The notes under the pieces: model-generated
Seen by the model: only the letters and a program-made list of their open reading frames with translations
The model's database searches: none
What the model was told of the DNA's origin: nothing
Shown here: positions 12,599-25,234 of the stretch, in pieces
Layout: every line of letters starts with the position of its first letter
How positions within the stretch are numbered: position 1 is the stretch's first letter
Translations under genes and position numbers: made by a program
NCBI RefSeq assembly: GCF_021869535.1
Contig: NW_026262701.1
Location: 79,484,001 to 79,548,000, forward strand
Direction of reading: 5' to 3'
Length of the DNA stretch: 64,000 bases
Source of the DNA: Mytilus californianus
Lineage: Eukaryota

Positions 12599-15500
12599 AT
12601 GAGCACATATATTTTTCTCAGCAGACCCCAGTTTTTAAAAGGACTGACATGCTGTTCTACTAAAAGTTTTAGACTTTGTTGTTGGAAAGCCACTTCACAA
12701 ATAGAACATTATCATTGCTTAAGGTCAAACAGCCAAGTAAACCAAAGGCAACGTCAACTGATAAATCTATCAAAAAGATATTTTAGTAACAAAGTACCAA
12801 AGAATGAAACAAAGAAAGAACTGGATATTAAAAGAGAAAGTCCATATGCTGGTCTAAGTGCTGCAGAAAAAGGTTAATATATATATAAAATATTAATTTT
12901 GTTAAGACAGTTGGATTAAGTTTTTAGGGGATTCAAGAAGCTATGCAAAGATACTTTTTTTTTACAAAACATATATAAGAATGCAGATTAGTGCCTGAAG
13001 TGAGAATGACAGCTTTTTAAATGCAGTTAGATGAGGTACAGATGTCGTGCAGTCACCTGAATTTCTATCAAATTATATATAAATGATTCAAAAAAGATTC
13101 AGTATAACTACCTATAAATAATTTATTTTAACCCTTTTTAATCATCTTTAAATAGAAATTTAGTTGACTGTTGCAGAGCGAACTTAGGAACGGGTTTATA
13201 AACAGAACATTTTGCATTTGATTAGATATTACATTTCATATAGACATGATAGACTAACTTATATCAGTCTATAGAGTGTTGTAACCAATATCTCAGATGA
13301 TTGATTATCAAATCCTGATTATGAATTATTTTTCAGCAATAGAAACAATAAAAGAATTGATGTATTTAAATAAGTTTGAAGTAGATTGTTTGCCTAATCT
13401 TATTTTAGACTAATTTTTTAGGGGTCTTCTTAAGCTCAAGTTATATCACTTATAATAATGTACTTGTCAAGAAGAGCCTTTCATTAGCTTCAGATGATTT
13501 CTGTTATAAATTTAAAAATTGTGTTATTGTTTCATGTGTGTAAGCAGTATAATTTACCCTACATCATGATTTTTCATTAATATTTTGTAACGATGACCTA
13601 CTTTCAAGTGAAAAATTTAAAATAAGTAAATTCAAGGAATGGAAAATGACCTACATTTTTGTACTTTCAATTGAAAAATTAAAAATAAGTAAATTCAAGG
13701 AATGGAAAAACTTAAAAAATGATATTTTTTTTATGATTTCAGTGAAAGAAGCAGGTAAAGATGCATCATATATTGCAATTATAATAGCAGGAATTGGTGT
13801 TATAGGTAAGGTTTTAAAGACATCTAAAACAGAGTTTTATGAAACATAACATATTCAGTACTATAAAAAAAGTTAGCATGATTTGATTTGTTTCATCTAT
13901 AGTGAGAACAAATATTTGAGAAAAAATGATCAATGAAAAAGGAGTAAGTTTGGTAAGGGCCATATCATGTTCAATGTTTCAAGATGAAAAAATGTTAAAA
14001 ACCGATGAAAAGACATGTTAAAAACCAATGTAAGAAATTTAAACTATTTTTGTTAAACTTATTTTAAAGCGTTGATTTTTACATCCAAAATAGACAAAAA
14101 ATAGAGATTTTTGTGATATTTGACAAAATATTCTGAATTTCAACCAAATTTAGGCCTAGGAAACATAGAGGACAGACTAAAAAAAAGGACAAATTAAATA
14201 TTCAAAACAGATATTTAGAATATTTTAACAAACATTATGTTAAAAGATCTTTTTCGTCAACGCATTGCACTCTGTGTTTCCTGTCTAAGTAATTAATATA
14301 AATTTATCATTTTCATTGAATTTTCGTGGAAAATCATCATGAGTGCTATTTGTGATATCATGACATTAACGTTAGTATGTAATTTTCAACAAAAAGTCAT
14401 GATATCTTTTATGTAGTCATTTTGTTAGCTATGATTCCTTGTTTTTTGTTGTTGTCGTTTGAAATTGTAGCTAGAAATAGGTTCTGTTTTAGGGGCCTTA
14501 TCGAACTTACTCATTTAGTTTCACAAATTGTGTATAGAGAATATTATATGGCTTTTTCAATATTACACTTATATCAGCCCGAGACACTTATATATTCTCA
14601 AGTGCTCTGCTCAAGGGATAATATTGGTTGAGGGTTGGTTTGGTGTGCCATATTGAAAAAGCCATATCATATACACTTTTTGTTTAGAAAAGTAATGATA
14701 AAGTTAAAGTCACAGTTAATCAGATAATTAAGTAATGGCAAAATTTCAGACTTTACATTTACAGAGCTCAAATATTTATCTGCTGTATAAATCATACCAT
14801 CACACTCTCTTTCATGTCTTTTATCAGATTCAGTACTTTTAAAATATTTATTACAGTGAAAAGTCAGAAACATTCTAAACAAGAATGTGTCTATAGTACA
14901 CGGATGCCCCACTCACACTATTATTTTCTATGTTCAGTGGACCGTGAAATTGGGGTCAAAACTCTAATTTGGCATTAAAATTAGAAGGATCATATCATAG
15001 GGAACATATGTACTAAGTTTCAAGTTGATTGGACTTCAACTTCATCATAAACAACCTTGACCAAAAACTTTAACCTGAAGCCTGACAGATGGACAAACGG
15101 ACAGACGGACGGATGAACGGACACACAGACCAAAAAACATAATGCCCCTCTACTATCTTAGGTGGGGCATAAAAACATCATCTTGTGCAATGCCACAATT
15201 GGCCAAAGTCAGTTTGCCCACAGATTACTACCACAGACAAAGTGATCTTTATAAGTAGCTACATCAAAAGACTCTTGATCCAAAATTTGGTCTAGATTTG
15301 GGAAAGTTTGAGAAATGGAAAATTTGAAAATACAATTGTACAAGATTGTATTAATTACTTGCCTGTCTATGTGTTAATGTATATAAAAGTGTTAAGGTGG
15401 TACATAACACTACAGGGAGATAACTCTGTAAAAATCAGCTGAACGTTTTAATCACGTTCTATTGTTAAGGAAATATTAAGCTTCTCAATGATCAAAATTG

Positions 15501-18500
15501 GTGTTTGTCAAACTTCTATATATCCAATGAAATTTTTCGATAAAGTATGTGGTTTAAGTCTTTTGAAATTTTTATATTTATGTCAAAGGGTCAAAGTAAA
15601 TATTATGTCAAAATTTTATGAAAATTAAACAAGCCAAATTAATTTTAGTCAAGGTGTTTGGTACCACCTTTAGTGAATCATTGTAGATAAGTTTGAGTTT
15701 TCACTGGCAGTGCCACTATTGTCACTATAATACACATTTATAAAGTACATGTTAAAAAAAAAATAATTAGATCATTAAATATTTTTAGGTGTAGTATTTT
15801 ATACTGTTGGCAAGGAATTATTTTCAAGTCAAAGTCCAGCAGGTGTTTACAGTAAAGCATTAAAAAAGTGCCAAAATAATATGGAGGTAAGACAAAGAAT
15901 AGGACAAATCATGTATATAACAGTGGTATAACAATCTATACTTAACATACTCAGTGTATATATATATTCTTTATATTTCATAAGTTATTTATATGGCAAT
16001 CTTGTAATCCTGAGTTTATCATCTTAAATCTCCAAGAATAACATTGATAGTGATTCACTAAACACCAGAACAAGTGATTTTTCACTGAACCATCTTGGGT
16101 GCACTGTATCAATAGCACTGGGATTCTCATGGTTCAGTGATAATAATTCTTAGTTGCATTGTAAGATTTAGGTTAAAGATAGTCTTAGGTGAAGGAGATG
16201 TGATATCACATTAAGTTCTTCACAGAATGAATCGAAGTAAACGCTTATAGTTAACTATAAAACAAGTGGCAAGTTCAAATTTGAAATCACAAGGTAACTT
16301 CATCACAGAATGCATAAAGCCATGAACTGTTCAAATTATTCAATTATAATATTCAAGGTGTTGGTAGTATTGGTTAAAGTTGGTAAGTTTATTGTTTTGT
16401 ACAGGGGGTCTCATTGGGGGGTTCTGATCCCGGATCCCGCTTACTGTTTTGACAGATTCCCTTTTCCCGCTTACACTATGTACGTAAGCAATTCTCATTT
16501 TTTTTTGTAATTTCCTGTATCCCGCTAGACTTTATTTCCCGTTTTCACGACACAATAATTTGACTTTCACGTATCACGCTTACAAAAAATCGGCAATCCC
16601 GCATCACGCTTAGACCCCAATGAGGCCCACTGTACATAAATCAGGCCATTGTTCTTCTCATTTGAATTGTTTTACATTTGTCATTTGGGACCTTTTATAG
16701 CTTACTATGCAGTATGGGTTTGCTCATTGTTGAAGGCCTCACCATGACCTATATTTGCAAACTTCTAAGTCATTTGGGTCTGGTGGAGAGTTGTCTCATT
16801 GGCAATCAGACCACATCTTCTTATTTTTGTAAGGTATCAAGATGAAGTTTCATCCATAGCCAAATTCTGCAAGGATAATAGATATCAATAGTATTTATGA
16901 ACATTATGATTCAAATTTTATGCATTAAAATTATTCATACATTTAAAAATGTTTGTTTTTATTCTTGAAACAGGTACTTGATACATTAGGAGAACCAATC
17001 ACAGGACATGGGACTTCAGGGAGCAGGAGACGGAAACAGCATGTGAGGTATTCAGATATTTATATACAGTATATAATGCAACAAATGTATTGAGGGGACT
17101 TGATGACTTAGTGAACTAATTAGTTTATGTACATTAATCATTAGCCTGTCAAGTACTGAGGTTGTGAGTTGGAACCCTGCTTGTGGCATGTGCAGTCCAC
17201 TCCATCTTAATTGAAGAGGATTGCCAGCTTGCTTGCAGAAGGTCATGGTTCTCTACAGGTACTTGGGCTTCCATAACCAGTAAACACTAGACACCATGAT
17301 ATAGCAATGAGTGNNNNNNNNNNNNNNNNNNNNNNNNNNNNNNNNNNNNNNNNNNNNNNNNNNNNNNNNNNNNNNNNNNNNNNNNNNNNNNNNNNNNNNN
17401 NNNNNNNNNNNNNNNNNNNNNNNNNNNNNNNNNNNNNNNNNNNNNNNNNNNNNNNNNNNNNNNNNNNNNNNNNNNNNNNNNNNNNNNNNNNNTGCTGTTG
17501 AATACAGAAACATAGATATACATTTTAAGAAAGGGTCATGTGACATTATTAAATTTGCCATGATTACTTTTGTTTAAAAAAAGTAGTTGGGGGTGAAAAA
17601 ACTGTATTGTTTATCATGTCAATTCAGTTGTCTGTAAAAAGTATAACCTATATTTGCTATAATGTTTCATCTTTTACAGTTCACAAGAATTTATGGAAAA
17701 TGGTGTAAAACACATGAGAGTTGTCTTTAAAATAGAAGGGCCTTACAGAAAAGGAACTGTCCATGTAGAAGTATTTCAGGTACTGTTAAAACTATTAACT
17801 TGTGTTTTTATGATGGTAAATAAAGTTATTTTAGAAGTTTAACGTGTGTATCAATGTGTAATGAAATAGAATATCAATGAATGAAATATCAATATTTTAT
17901 TCAATGTAAAATTATATATTTGGTTATCAAAAAGTATAAAAATTAGCTTCAACAAAGTTGAGGGATGCTTTTTGAGAACCAAAAGTATCAACAACTAAAA
18001 CTCACCCAAAAGTTCAACAAAATCTGTGTAAATAATTCGATTTGACAATAAAATTGGAGAAACAATCTCATTTGGAACACACCCATTCTAGAAGAGCAAA
18101 ATCTTATCATCTCCTTCAACATGCAGGAAAACAGTTTTTTTCCCAACTGTGAACTATAAACTATCCAGCAGCGGATTTTTGTGCCGCTAAAATTTGGTTG
18201 CCAGGGCATATGATGTTACTCATTTTTCTCCTTTGCTCTTTTCAAAATCCTAAAATCATCAGGACTTCTTAGCTAATCTGGATAAAAAAAGCCATGATGA
18301 GCTGTTTCTATCAAGACTGAAGACTGTAACTCAGAGATGAGTAATTTCAATTTTTTCGGCCAAAATGTGGATGCTTAAGAATTTTGGTCTTGCACATGGA
18401 TATTACATATTTCATTATTTTTTTCAGGACGACAGTAAGAAATATCAGTTTAAGCATGTAATATGTGAGTTGCAAGGCTACCCAGCAAGAACAATTGTTA

Positions 18501-18517
18501 TAGAAAATAACCGTTGA
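12599..18517 (+). CDS. TIMM21: Mitochondrial import inner membrane translocase subunit Tim21; exons 12599-12872, 13743-13805, 15789-15886, 16974-17047, 17680-17779, 18428-18517 (699 nt, 232 aa)
   Basis: Spliced translation has a basic presequence-like N-terminus, then AEKVKEAGKDASYIAIIIAGIGVIGVVFYTVGKELFSSQSPAGVYSKALKKC...LGEPITGHG...RRRKQHV...NGVKHMRVVFKIEG...KGTVHVEV...YQFKHVICELQGYPARTIVIENNR*, matching Tim21 motifs. All introns are GT-AG and in phase. Confidence 0.96.
14878..15175. mobile_element. Short HINE-like element (TIMM21 intron 2)
   Basis: One end is AACAAGAATGTGTC...GGATGCCCC. The other has a GACAGACGGACGG microsatellite, the hairpin ATGCCCCTCTACTATCTTAGGTGGGGCAT and an A tail. 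Confidence 0.7.
15396..15668. mobile_element. TTAA-type (Kolobok-like) MITE
   Basis: TTAA|GGTGGTAC ... GTACCACC|TTTA termini. Confidence 0.65.
16402..16632. mobile_element. MITE with TA target duplication (Tc1/mariner-like)
   Basis: TA|CAGGGGGTCTCATTGGGG ... CCCCAATGAGGCCCACTG|TA. Confidence 0.7.
17110..17510 (+). mobile_element. 5'-degraded tRNA-derived SINE spanning the assembly gap
   Basis: Similar to the minus-strand SINE at 41391-41641 (GAGTTGGAACCC B-box remnant, GATTGCCAG...GAAGGTC...GGTTCTC). Confidence 0.55.
17314..17492. other. Assembly gap (179 N)
   Basis: Run of N in TIMM21 intron 4. Confidence 1.
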
Positions 18518-18801
18518 CATCATCTTACACAAAGATTAATGACCTGTGGTTGTTTGCAAGAACTCAGTGATAATTTTTATTCAACCAGATGTTTTGATAA
18601 GAAAAGAAATAATATAAATAGTTTACAAAAGATGTTCTTGCTTTTGTTTATGAGCCTTACTTCTACTTAATTTACAGATTTTATGTTATCAAATAAAGTA
18701 TGAATTGATGATCGGTGCTCATGACAAGACACAAAAAGATGAGATATTAGTTATAACTTAAATGAATATTTACAGTAATTTTAAAATTGCAAAAGAAAAA
18801 G

Positions 18802-21800
18802 AACTAGATTTGTAATTGCTAGCAATAACGGATGGCACCCTTCCCCCATTGCCAGGGTAATGGCAGTCATTTTGAAAATTCCAAAGTCAAAGAGTGCATC
18901 TACACATGCTGATTAACATTTTTGTAAAGTTTCAATAACTTTTGAGTATTTTGAAATTTTTGACATTTTTGCAGTTTCCATGGTAACGGCGGCCATTTTG
19001 AAAATTCCTTAGTCACAATTGCAAATCAGCACATGCCAGTTACCATTTCTGTGAAGTTCTTTCCATTTGGGACACTTTGATTTTTTTTCGCATTTTTGCT
19101 GTTTCCATGGAAACGGTGGCCATCTTGAACCATTCCATACCAAGGTGCAAAACTTTACATGGGGGTCCTCATTATAGTAAAGTTCCATCAACATTGGTCC
19201 ATTGAATTCCGAGAAACACGACGGCCAAAATGTGTGGAAGAAGAATAAGAAAAACTAGAATTGCCATTGCAAGCAATAGCGGATGTCACCCTGGTCTGCC
19301 AATTGCCACTAAACAGCAGCCATTTCGAAATTTTCCATCAGTGAATGCAGATTTATGCATGACAACATATCTATCTGTTTTAAATTCCAATGAATTTGGA
19401 GCATTTTGATACTTTTTGTATTTTTGCTGTTTCCATGGTAACGGCCGCCATTTTAAAAATTCCAAAGTCAAACTACTGCTGCATATTGTTTTCCCCATAA
19501 TAATATACCATCATATTACATTTAATGTCTGTAGACCTATTTTAACACTAATGTTCTGGAATGTTCCATGAAAAATTCACCCCCCTCAAATTATGCCAAG
19601 GAGACCCCCCCAGTTGAAATAAAAATGTTCCATGTTGAAGTGTGCATGAGTCTCTTAATATCATAGAAGTTTCATATAAATTGGAACACATTTCTATTTT
19701 TCACATTTTTGCTGTTTCCATGGCAATGGCAGCCATTTTTTTTATTCCAAAGTCAGGTGCACAACTACACATGGTGGTTAACATTATGGTATAGTTCCAT
19801 CACAATTGGTCCATTCAATTCCGAGTACTAAGCTGGACAAAAAGTGTGGAATAAGAATAATAAAAAGAAGAATTGAACAATAACAATATGTCACCTGACC
19901 TATGTCAGGGTGACATAATAAGAAACGGGACAAACACACTCCGTTTTGGCGACTATACTAGATTTGCCATTGCAAGCAATAGCGAATGGCACCCATCCCA
20001 CATTGCCAATAAACTGCAGCCATTTTGAAATTTTTTAAACAGTCATTTTACATAAATACATCATAACACATCAGTCTGTAAATTTTCAGAACGTTTGGAG
20101 CATTTTTCAATATTTCTCATTTTGCAGTTTCCATGGCAACTGCGGCCATTTTGGAAATTCCAAGTTCAAACATCTTATCTTTACTTACCAATCAATTAAG
20201 TTTGGAGCATTTTGAAATTTTTGGACACTTTTGCTGTTTCCATGGTTACAGTGTCCATTTCGAAAATTCCAACAACGGCTACAACATTGACGTATGCCAT
20301 GTTATATATTCATGAAGTTTCATTGTGTTTGATCGAATATTATTCAAGAAAATGCTGCTTTAATGTGTTTCCTCATAGGGTCAATGTTAAACTTTTCTCC
20401 TGTTTCCATGGCAATGGCAGCCATTTTGGAATTTCTAAGTACTGATGGTACCTCAGGGCACCACTGGCAACATTTACATTAAGTTTCAATAAGATGGCTC
20501 TTATAACAAAAGATTTTGAAATTTGATTATTTTTTTACATTTTTGCTTTTTCCATGGTAACGGCGGCCATTTTGAACCATTCTAATGTCTCTTGCACAAC
20601 TTCACATAGTGGTCCACATTATGATATAGGTCCATCAACTTTGGTCCATTCAATTCCGAGAAATAGCTCGGACAAAAAGTGTGGAAGAATAGAAATAATA
20701 ACTAGATTTGCCATTGCAAGCAATAGCAGATGTCACCCTTCCCCCCATTGCCTCTAAGCGGCAGCCATTTTGAAAATTTTAAACAGTGAATGGACATATA
20801 TGCATAGCTTTACATCTTTCTGTAAATTTTCAGAACATTTGGAGCATTTTGAAATTTTTACACATTTTTGCTGTTTCCATGGCAACGGCGGCCATTTTGG
20901 AAATTCCAAAGCCAGAAATCTCATTTATACTTGCCAGTTAACATTTATATTAAGTTTCATAAAGGTTGGAGCATTTTGAAATTTTTGACATTTTTGCTGG
21001 TTTCCATGGTAACAGAGACCATTTCCAAAATTTTAATGACAGATGCCACATTGGTACATTGGAGGGAACATACCATCAAGGTTTCAATGGATTTGACCTA
21101 CCATTTTAAGAGAGGAAATGCTACATTAAGGTTTTTGGATCATTTTGACCTGTTTTTCATTGTTTCCATGGTAACGGCAGACATTTTTGAAATTCCAACG
21201 CTAAATTCCACATCTACCAATGTTGCTCATCATTACTGTGAAATTTCATTTAATTTTGAGCATTTTGATATTTTTGAAATTTTTGGTGTAGTTTCCATTG
21301 CAACATAGTAGTTCCAGTGATTGCCAAAATAATCCAAAACCAGTATATAGTGGGCACCTACATTGTATTAAAATATCATGATTCTAAGTTTATGCATATC
21401 CAAAAAATCCACCAAACTCAAAAATATTATTTTTTCACCTTTATTTGGTTTCCATGGTAACGGTGACCATTTAAAAAATTCCAAAGGTGTCGTGCATAAC
21501 TTAGAGTTGGTGGTCCTCATTTTGGTACCCATTCAATATAATTTGTCCATTAATCTATGAGAAAACTGGCAGACAAAAAAAGGTGGAATAATAATAATAA
21601 TAATAAAGAAACGGAGGAAAAGCAATATGTCACCCGACATTGTCGTACGGGTGACATAATAATAATAAAAAGAAAAAAAAGAAACGTAGAATAACAATAT
21701 GTCACCCAAACTCCGTTGATGGTGCCATAACTGGATTTGTAATTGCTAGCAATAACGGATGGCACCCTTCCCCAATTGCCAGGTGAGCGGCAGCCATTTT

Positions 21801-24275
21801 GAAAAATCCAAAGTCAAAGAGCGCATCTAAAGATGTATATTAACATTGTTGTAAAGTTTCATCAATTTTGGAGCATTTTGAAATTTTTGAATTTTTTGCT
21901 ATTTCCATGGTAACGGTGACCATTTCCAAAATTCCAATGATACATGCAACATTGGCACATAACAGGAACATTACCATTACAGAACCACCGAGTTTGGCCT
22001 GCCATAGTATGCATGTAAATGCTACTTTTAAGTTTTCCCATAGGGTTTGATGCTAAACATATTTAGTTTCCATGGCAATATAGAAGTTCCAAAGATTCTC
22101 AAAATCGTCTAAAACCTGTATATAGTGGACACCAACAATATATATAAATTTGTTTTTTTTTTAGTTCAGGCATACTCAAAATATTCACCAAAAACTAAAA
22201 TTTTATTTTTTACATTTCTGTTTCCATGGTAACGGTGGCCATTTTAAAAATGCCATACCCCGATTGCACAATATTATATAGTGGTCTACATTATGGTATA
22301 GTTCCATCGATATTGTTTAAGCCAATTCTGAGAAATAGCATGGACAAAAAAGTGTGGAAGAATAAATATAATAATAACTTGACTTGCAATTGCAAGCAAT
22401 AGCGGATGGCACCCTTCCCCCGTTGCCAGGTGAGTGGCAGCAATTTAGAAAATTCTAAAGTCAAAGAGTGCATCTACACATGCAAATTATCCTTTTTGTA
22501 AAGTTTTATTAAGTTTGGAGCATTTTGAAATTTTGAACATTTTTGCTGTTTCCATGGTAACGGCGGCCATTTTGAAAATTCCAACTTCAAAATGCAACTC
22601 TGCCTATGCCAGTTACCATTTCTGTAAAGTTTCATCCAGTTTGCAGCATTTTGATTTTTTTTTGAAATTTTGGACATTTATGATGCAGCCATGGTTACAG
22701 TGGATAATTCCACAATTCTAAAAGCAGACATCTCATTGCCACATGTCATGTTATATATCAATACAGTTTCATTGACTTTGGTGAAAAACTCTTTAAGAAA
22801 ATGCTGATTTTATGCATTTTCCCATTGGGTCAATGTTAAACTTGCCCCCAGTTTCCATGACAACGGCGGCCATTTTGGAGTATCCAAATATTGTCTTGGC
22901 ATCTTGGCATACTGGGTAACATTTTCATTAAGTTTATTATTCATCCAGTTGGGTTTATAACGGATGAGTTAGAATTTTTGATATGTTAGCTGTTTCCATG
23001 GTAACGGCAGCCATATTGAAAATTCCAAAGTCAAACTGCAAATCAGCACATGCCAGTTACCATTCCTGTGGAGTTTCTTCCAGTTTGGAACACTTTGATT
23101 TTTTTGGCATTTTTGCTGTTTCCATGGAAACGGCGGCCATTTTTTACCATTCCATAGCAAGGTGCACAACTTTACATGGGGGTCCTCATTATAGTAGAGT
23201 TCCATCAACATTGGTCCATTGGATTCCAAGAACTCGCGGACAAAATTTGTGCAAGAAAAATAATTAGAAAAAAAAGAAACGTAGAATAACAGTATGTCAC
23301 CCCAACTCCGTTGAGGGTGCCATAATAATAACTAGATTTGCCATTGCAAGCAATAGCGGATGGCACCCTTCCCACACTGCCACTAAACTGCAGCCATTTT
23401 GAAAATTGAAAATAGTCGTAGGACTTAAATGCATCACAACAAACCTGTCTGTAAATTTTCGGAAAATTTGAAACATTTCTTATCTATTTTTATTTTTGCA
23501 GTTTCCATAGCAATGGCGGCCATTTTCGAAATTCCGAAGTACAAAGTCTTATCTCCAATTGTCAGTACCAATTTATTATAAGTTTCATTTAGTTTAGATC
23601 ATTTTGAAATTTTTGGATACTTTCCATGTTTCCATGGTAACGGTGTCCATTTTGAAAATTCCAACAACAGTTGCAACATTGACTTATGCCATGTTATATA
23701 TTCATGATGTTTCTTTGAGTTTGATCATATATTCCTTTAGAAAAGTTGGTTTGATGTTTTTTCCCATAGGGTCAATGTTAAACTTTTCTCTAGTTTCCAT
23801 GGCAATGGCAGCCATTTTGCAGAAGCTAAGTACTGTTGGTACCTCAGGGCACCATTGCCAACATTTGCATAAAGTTTCAAGAGATTGCCTCTTATAACGA
23901 AAGATTTAGAATTTGCATTTTTTTTCACATTTTTTCAGTTTCCATGGCAACGGCAGTCATCTTCATGATGCCACACCCCGATTGCACAATTTTATATAGT
24001 GGTCTACATTATGGTATAGTTCCATCAATATTGTTCAAGCCAATTCTGAGAAATAGCATGGACAAAAAAGTGTGGAAGAATAAATATAATAATAAGAAAA
24101 AAAGAAACGAACAATAACAATATGTCACCCCAACTCCGTTGAGGGTGCCATAATAATAAGAAAAAAAGAAACGAACAATAACAATATGTCATCCCAACTC
24201 CGTTGAGGGTGCCATAATAAGAGAGAAAAAGAAAAGAAACGTAGAATAACAATACGTCACCCCAGCCATAATAAT
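18802..24275. mobile_element. Head-to-tail stack of seven related HINE-like elements
   Basis: Heads AACTAGATTTG(C/T)(C/A)ATTGC(A/T)AGCAATA(G/A)CGGATGGCACCC at 18802, 19253, 19957, 20700, 21729, 22376 and 23330. Tails are GTGTGGAAGAATAA plus ATGTCACCC...GGGTG(A/C)CATAAT hairpins. About 25 TTTCCATGG(T/C)AAC(GGCGGCCATTTT) motifs lie inside. Confidence 0.8.
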
Positions 24276-24486
24276 AGGGAAAAAAAAGTAAATAGCTTTA
24301 AACAATACAATATGAATGCTGCCATGATTTAAAAAATACAAATTAAAAAAAACCACACTACAAGTGTGTCCCAAGCCCTTTTCTGGATTTACATAGTTAA
24401 GCTGAGAAGAGTCTTGTATTGCGCTAGTATGATTGCCTTATTTGCAGAAAGTTGTAAGTTCCACCAAATATGAAAAAACCCAATGT

Positions 24487-24612
24487 TTTTATGCCCCCGC
24501 CGTAGGCATTAAGTGTTACCCTTGACCGTCTGTTTTTCCGTCCGTCCGTCAGTCCCATTTTCATTTGTTTGAAGCTTGAGCGTGGGCCTTTGTGTCCTCA
24601 GACACATTCTTC
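24487..24612. mobile_element. Internally deleted HINE-like element
   Basis: TTTTTATGCCCCCGCCGTAGGCAT hairpin, (CCGT)n, and a TGTGTCCTCAGACACATTCTT end. The same end type is seen at about 63635. Confidence 0.6.
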
Positions 24613-25097
24613 TTTTATTTATATTTGTATCTCTTCTGCCAAGTCAGTAGTATTTATGAGTAAATACATATACTGGTCATCTCAAAATTAGAATGAAATA
24701 TTCAATTGGAGTTACATGTCTTCTTACTGACTACACATGTTGAGCTGCATTATAATTAACTGACTTAATGTCTGTGTAGTACAAAGTATGGTCAGTTGAT
24801 ATGAAATTAATATGTTATCGGCTTGACACGAAGTGACCATTAGTCAATCAGTCAGTATAGAATAGCTGAAGCAGCAATGTAACAGGAAAAAATATACTTT
24901 CAATAACTATAGAATAAGAACATGTTAGAGCACAGATAAACAAGACTAACTCACAAGTGAAGATTAGAAAAACTAAAAGCTATTGACAATAAAAACTGCC
25001 ATAATAACCAGAAATGATGTAAGGTACCCTTAACTGGTAAGCAAACCATACTTCAATTTTGTACTTTATTTGGCCTTTTAAAATTATTTTGATTTGA

Positions 25098-25142
25098 GAG
25101 TCACTGATGAGTCTTTTGTAGACGAAACACGCATCTGGCGTA
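25098..25142 (+). ncRNA. Minimal type I hammerhead ribozyme motif in a dispersed repeat (CpG-decayed stem III)
   Basis: GTCA-CTGATGA-GTCT tttgt AGAC-GAAA-C acgc A-TC-TGGC. The core CUGAUGA/GAAA/UH is intact and stems I and II pair. Stem III has a C-A mismatch. Confidence 0.7.
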
Positions 25143-25234
25143 CAAAATGTTAAGCCTGGTATCTATGATGAATTTATCTTTTCGCATACATCATCCATCA
25201 TATTACCCAATGGTTAAAGCCAGTTATATATGTC

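Noticed and set aside
17253-17577. ORFs containing X runs
   Set aside because: Artefacts of the N gap.
18802-24275. CRISPR-like appearance of recurring CCATGG motifs, and many short ORFs reading FAVSMVTAAILKIP
   Set aside because: Spacers are long, variable and homologous to one another, there are no cas genes, and the context is eukaryotic. The ORFs are translations of the repeat motif.
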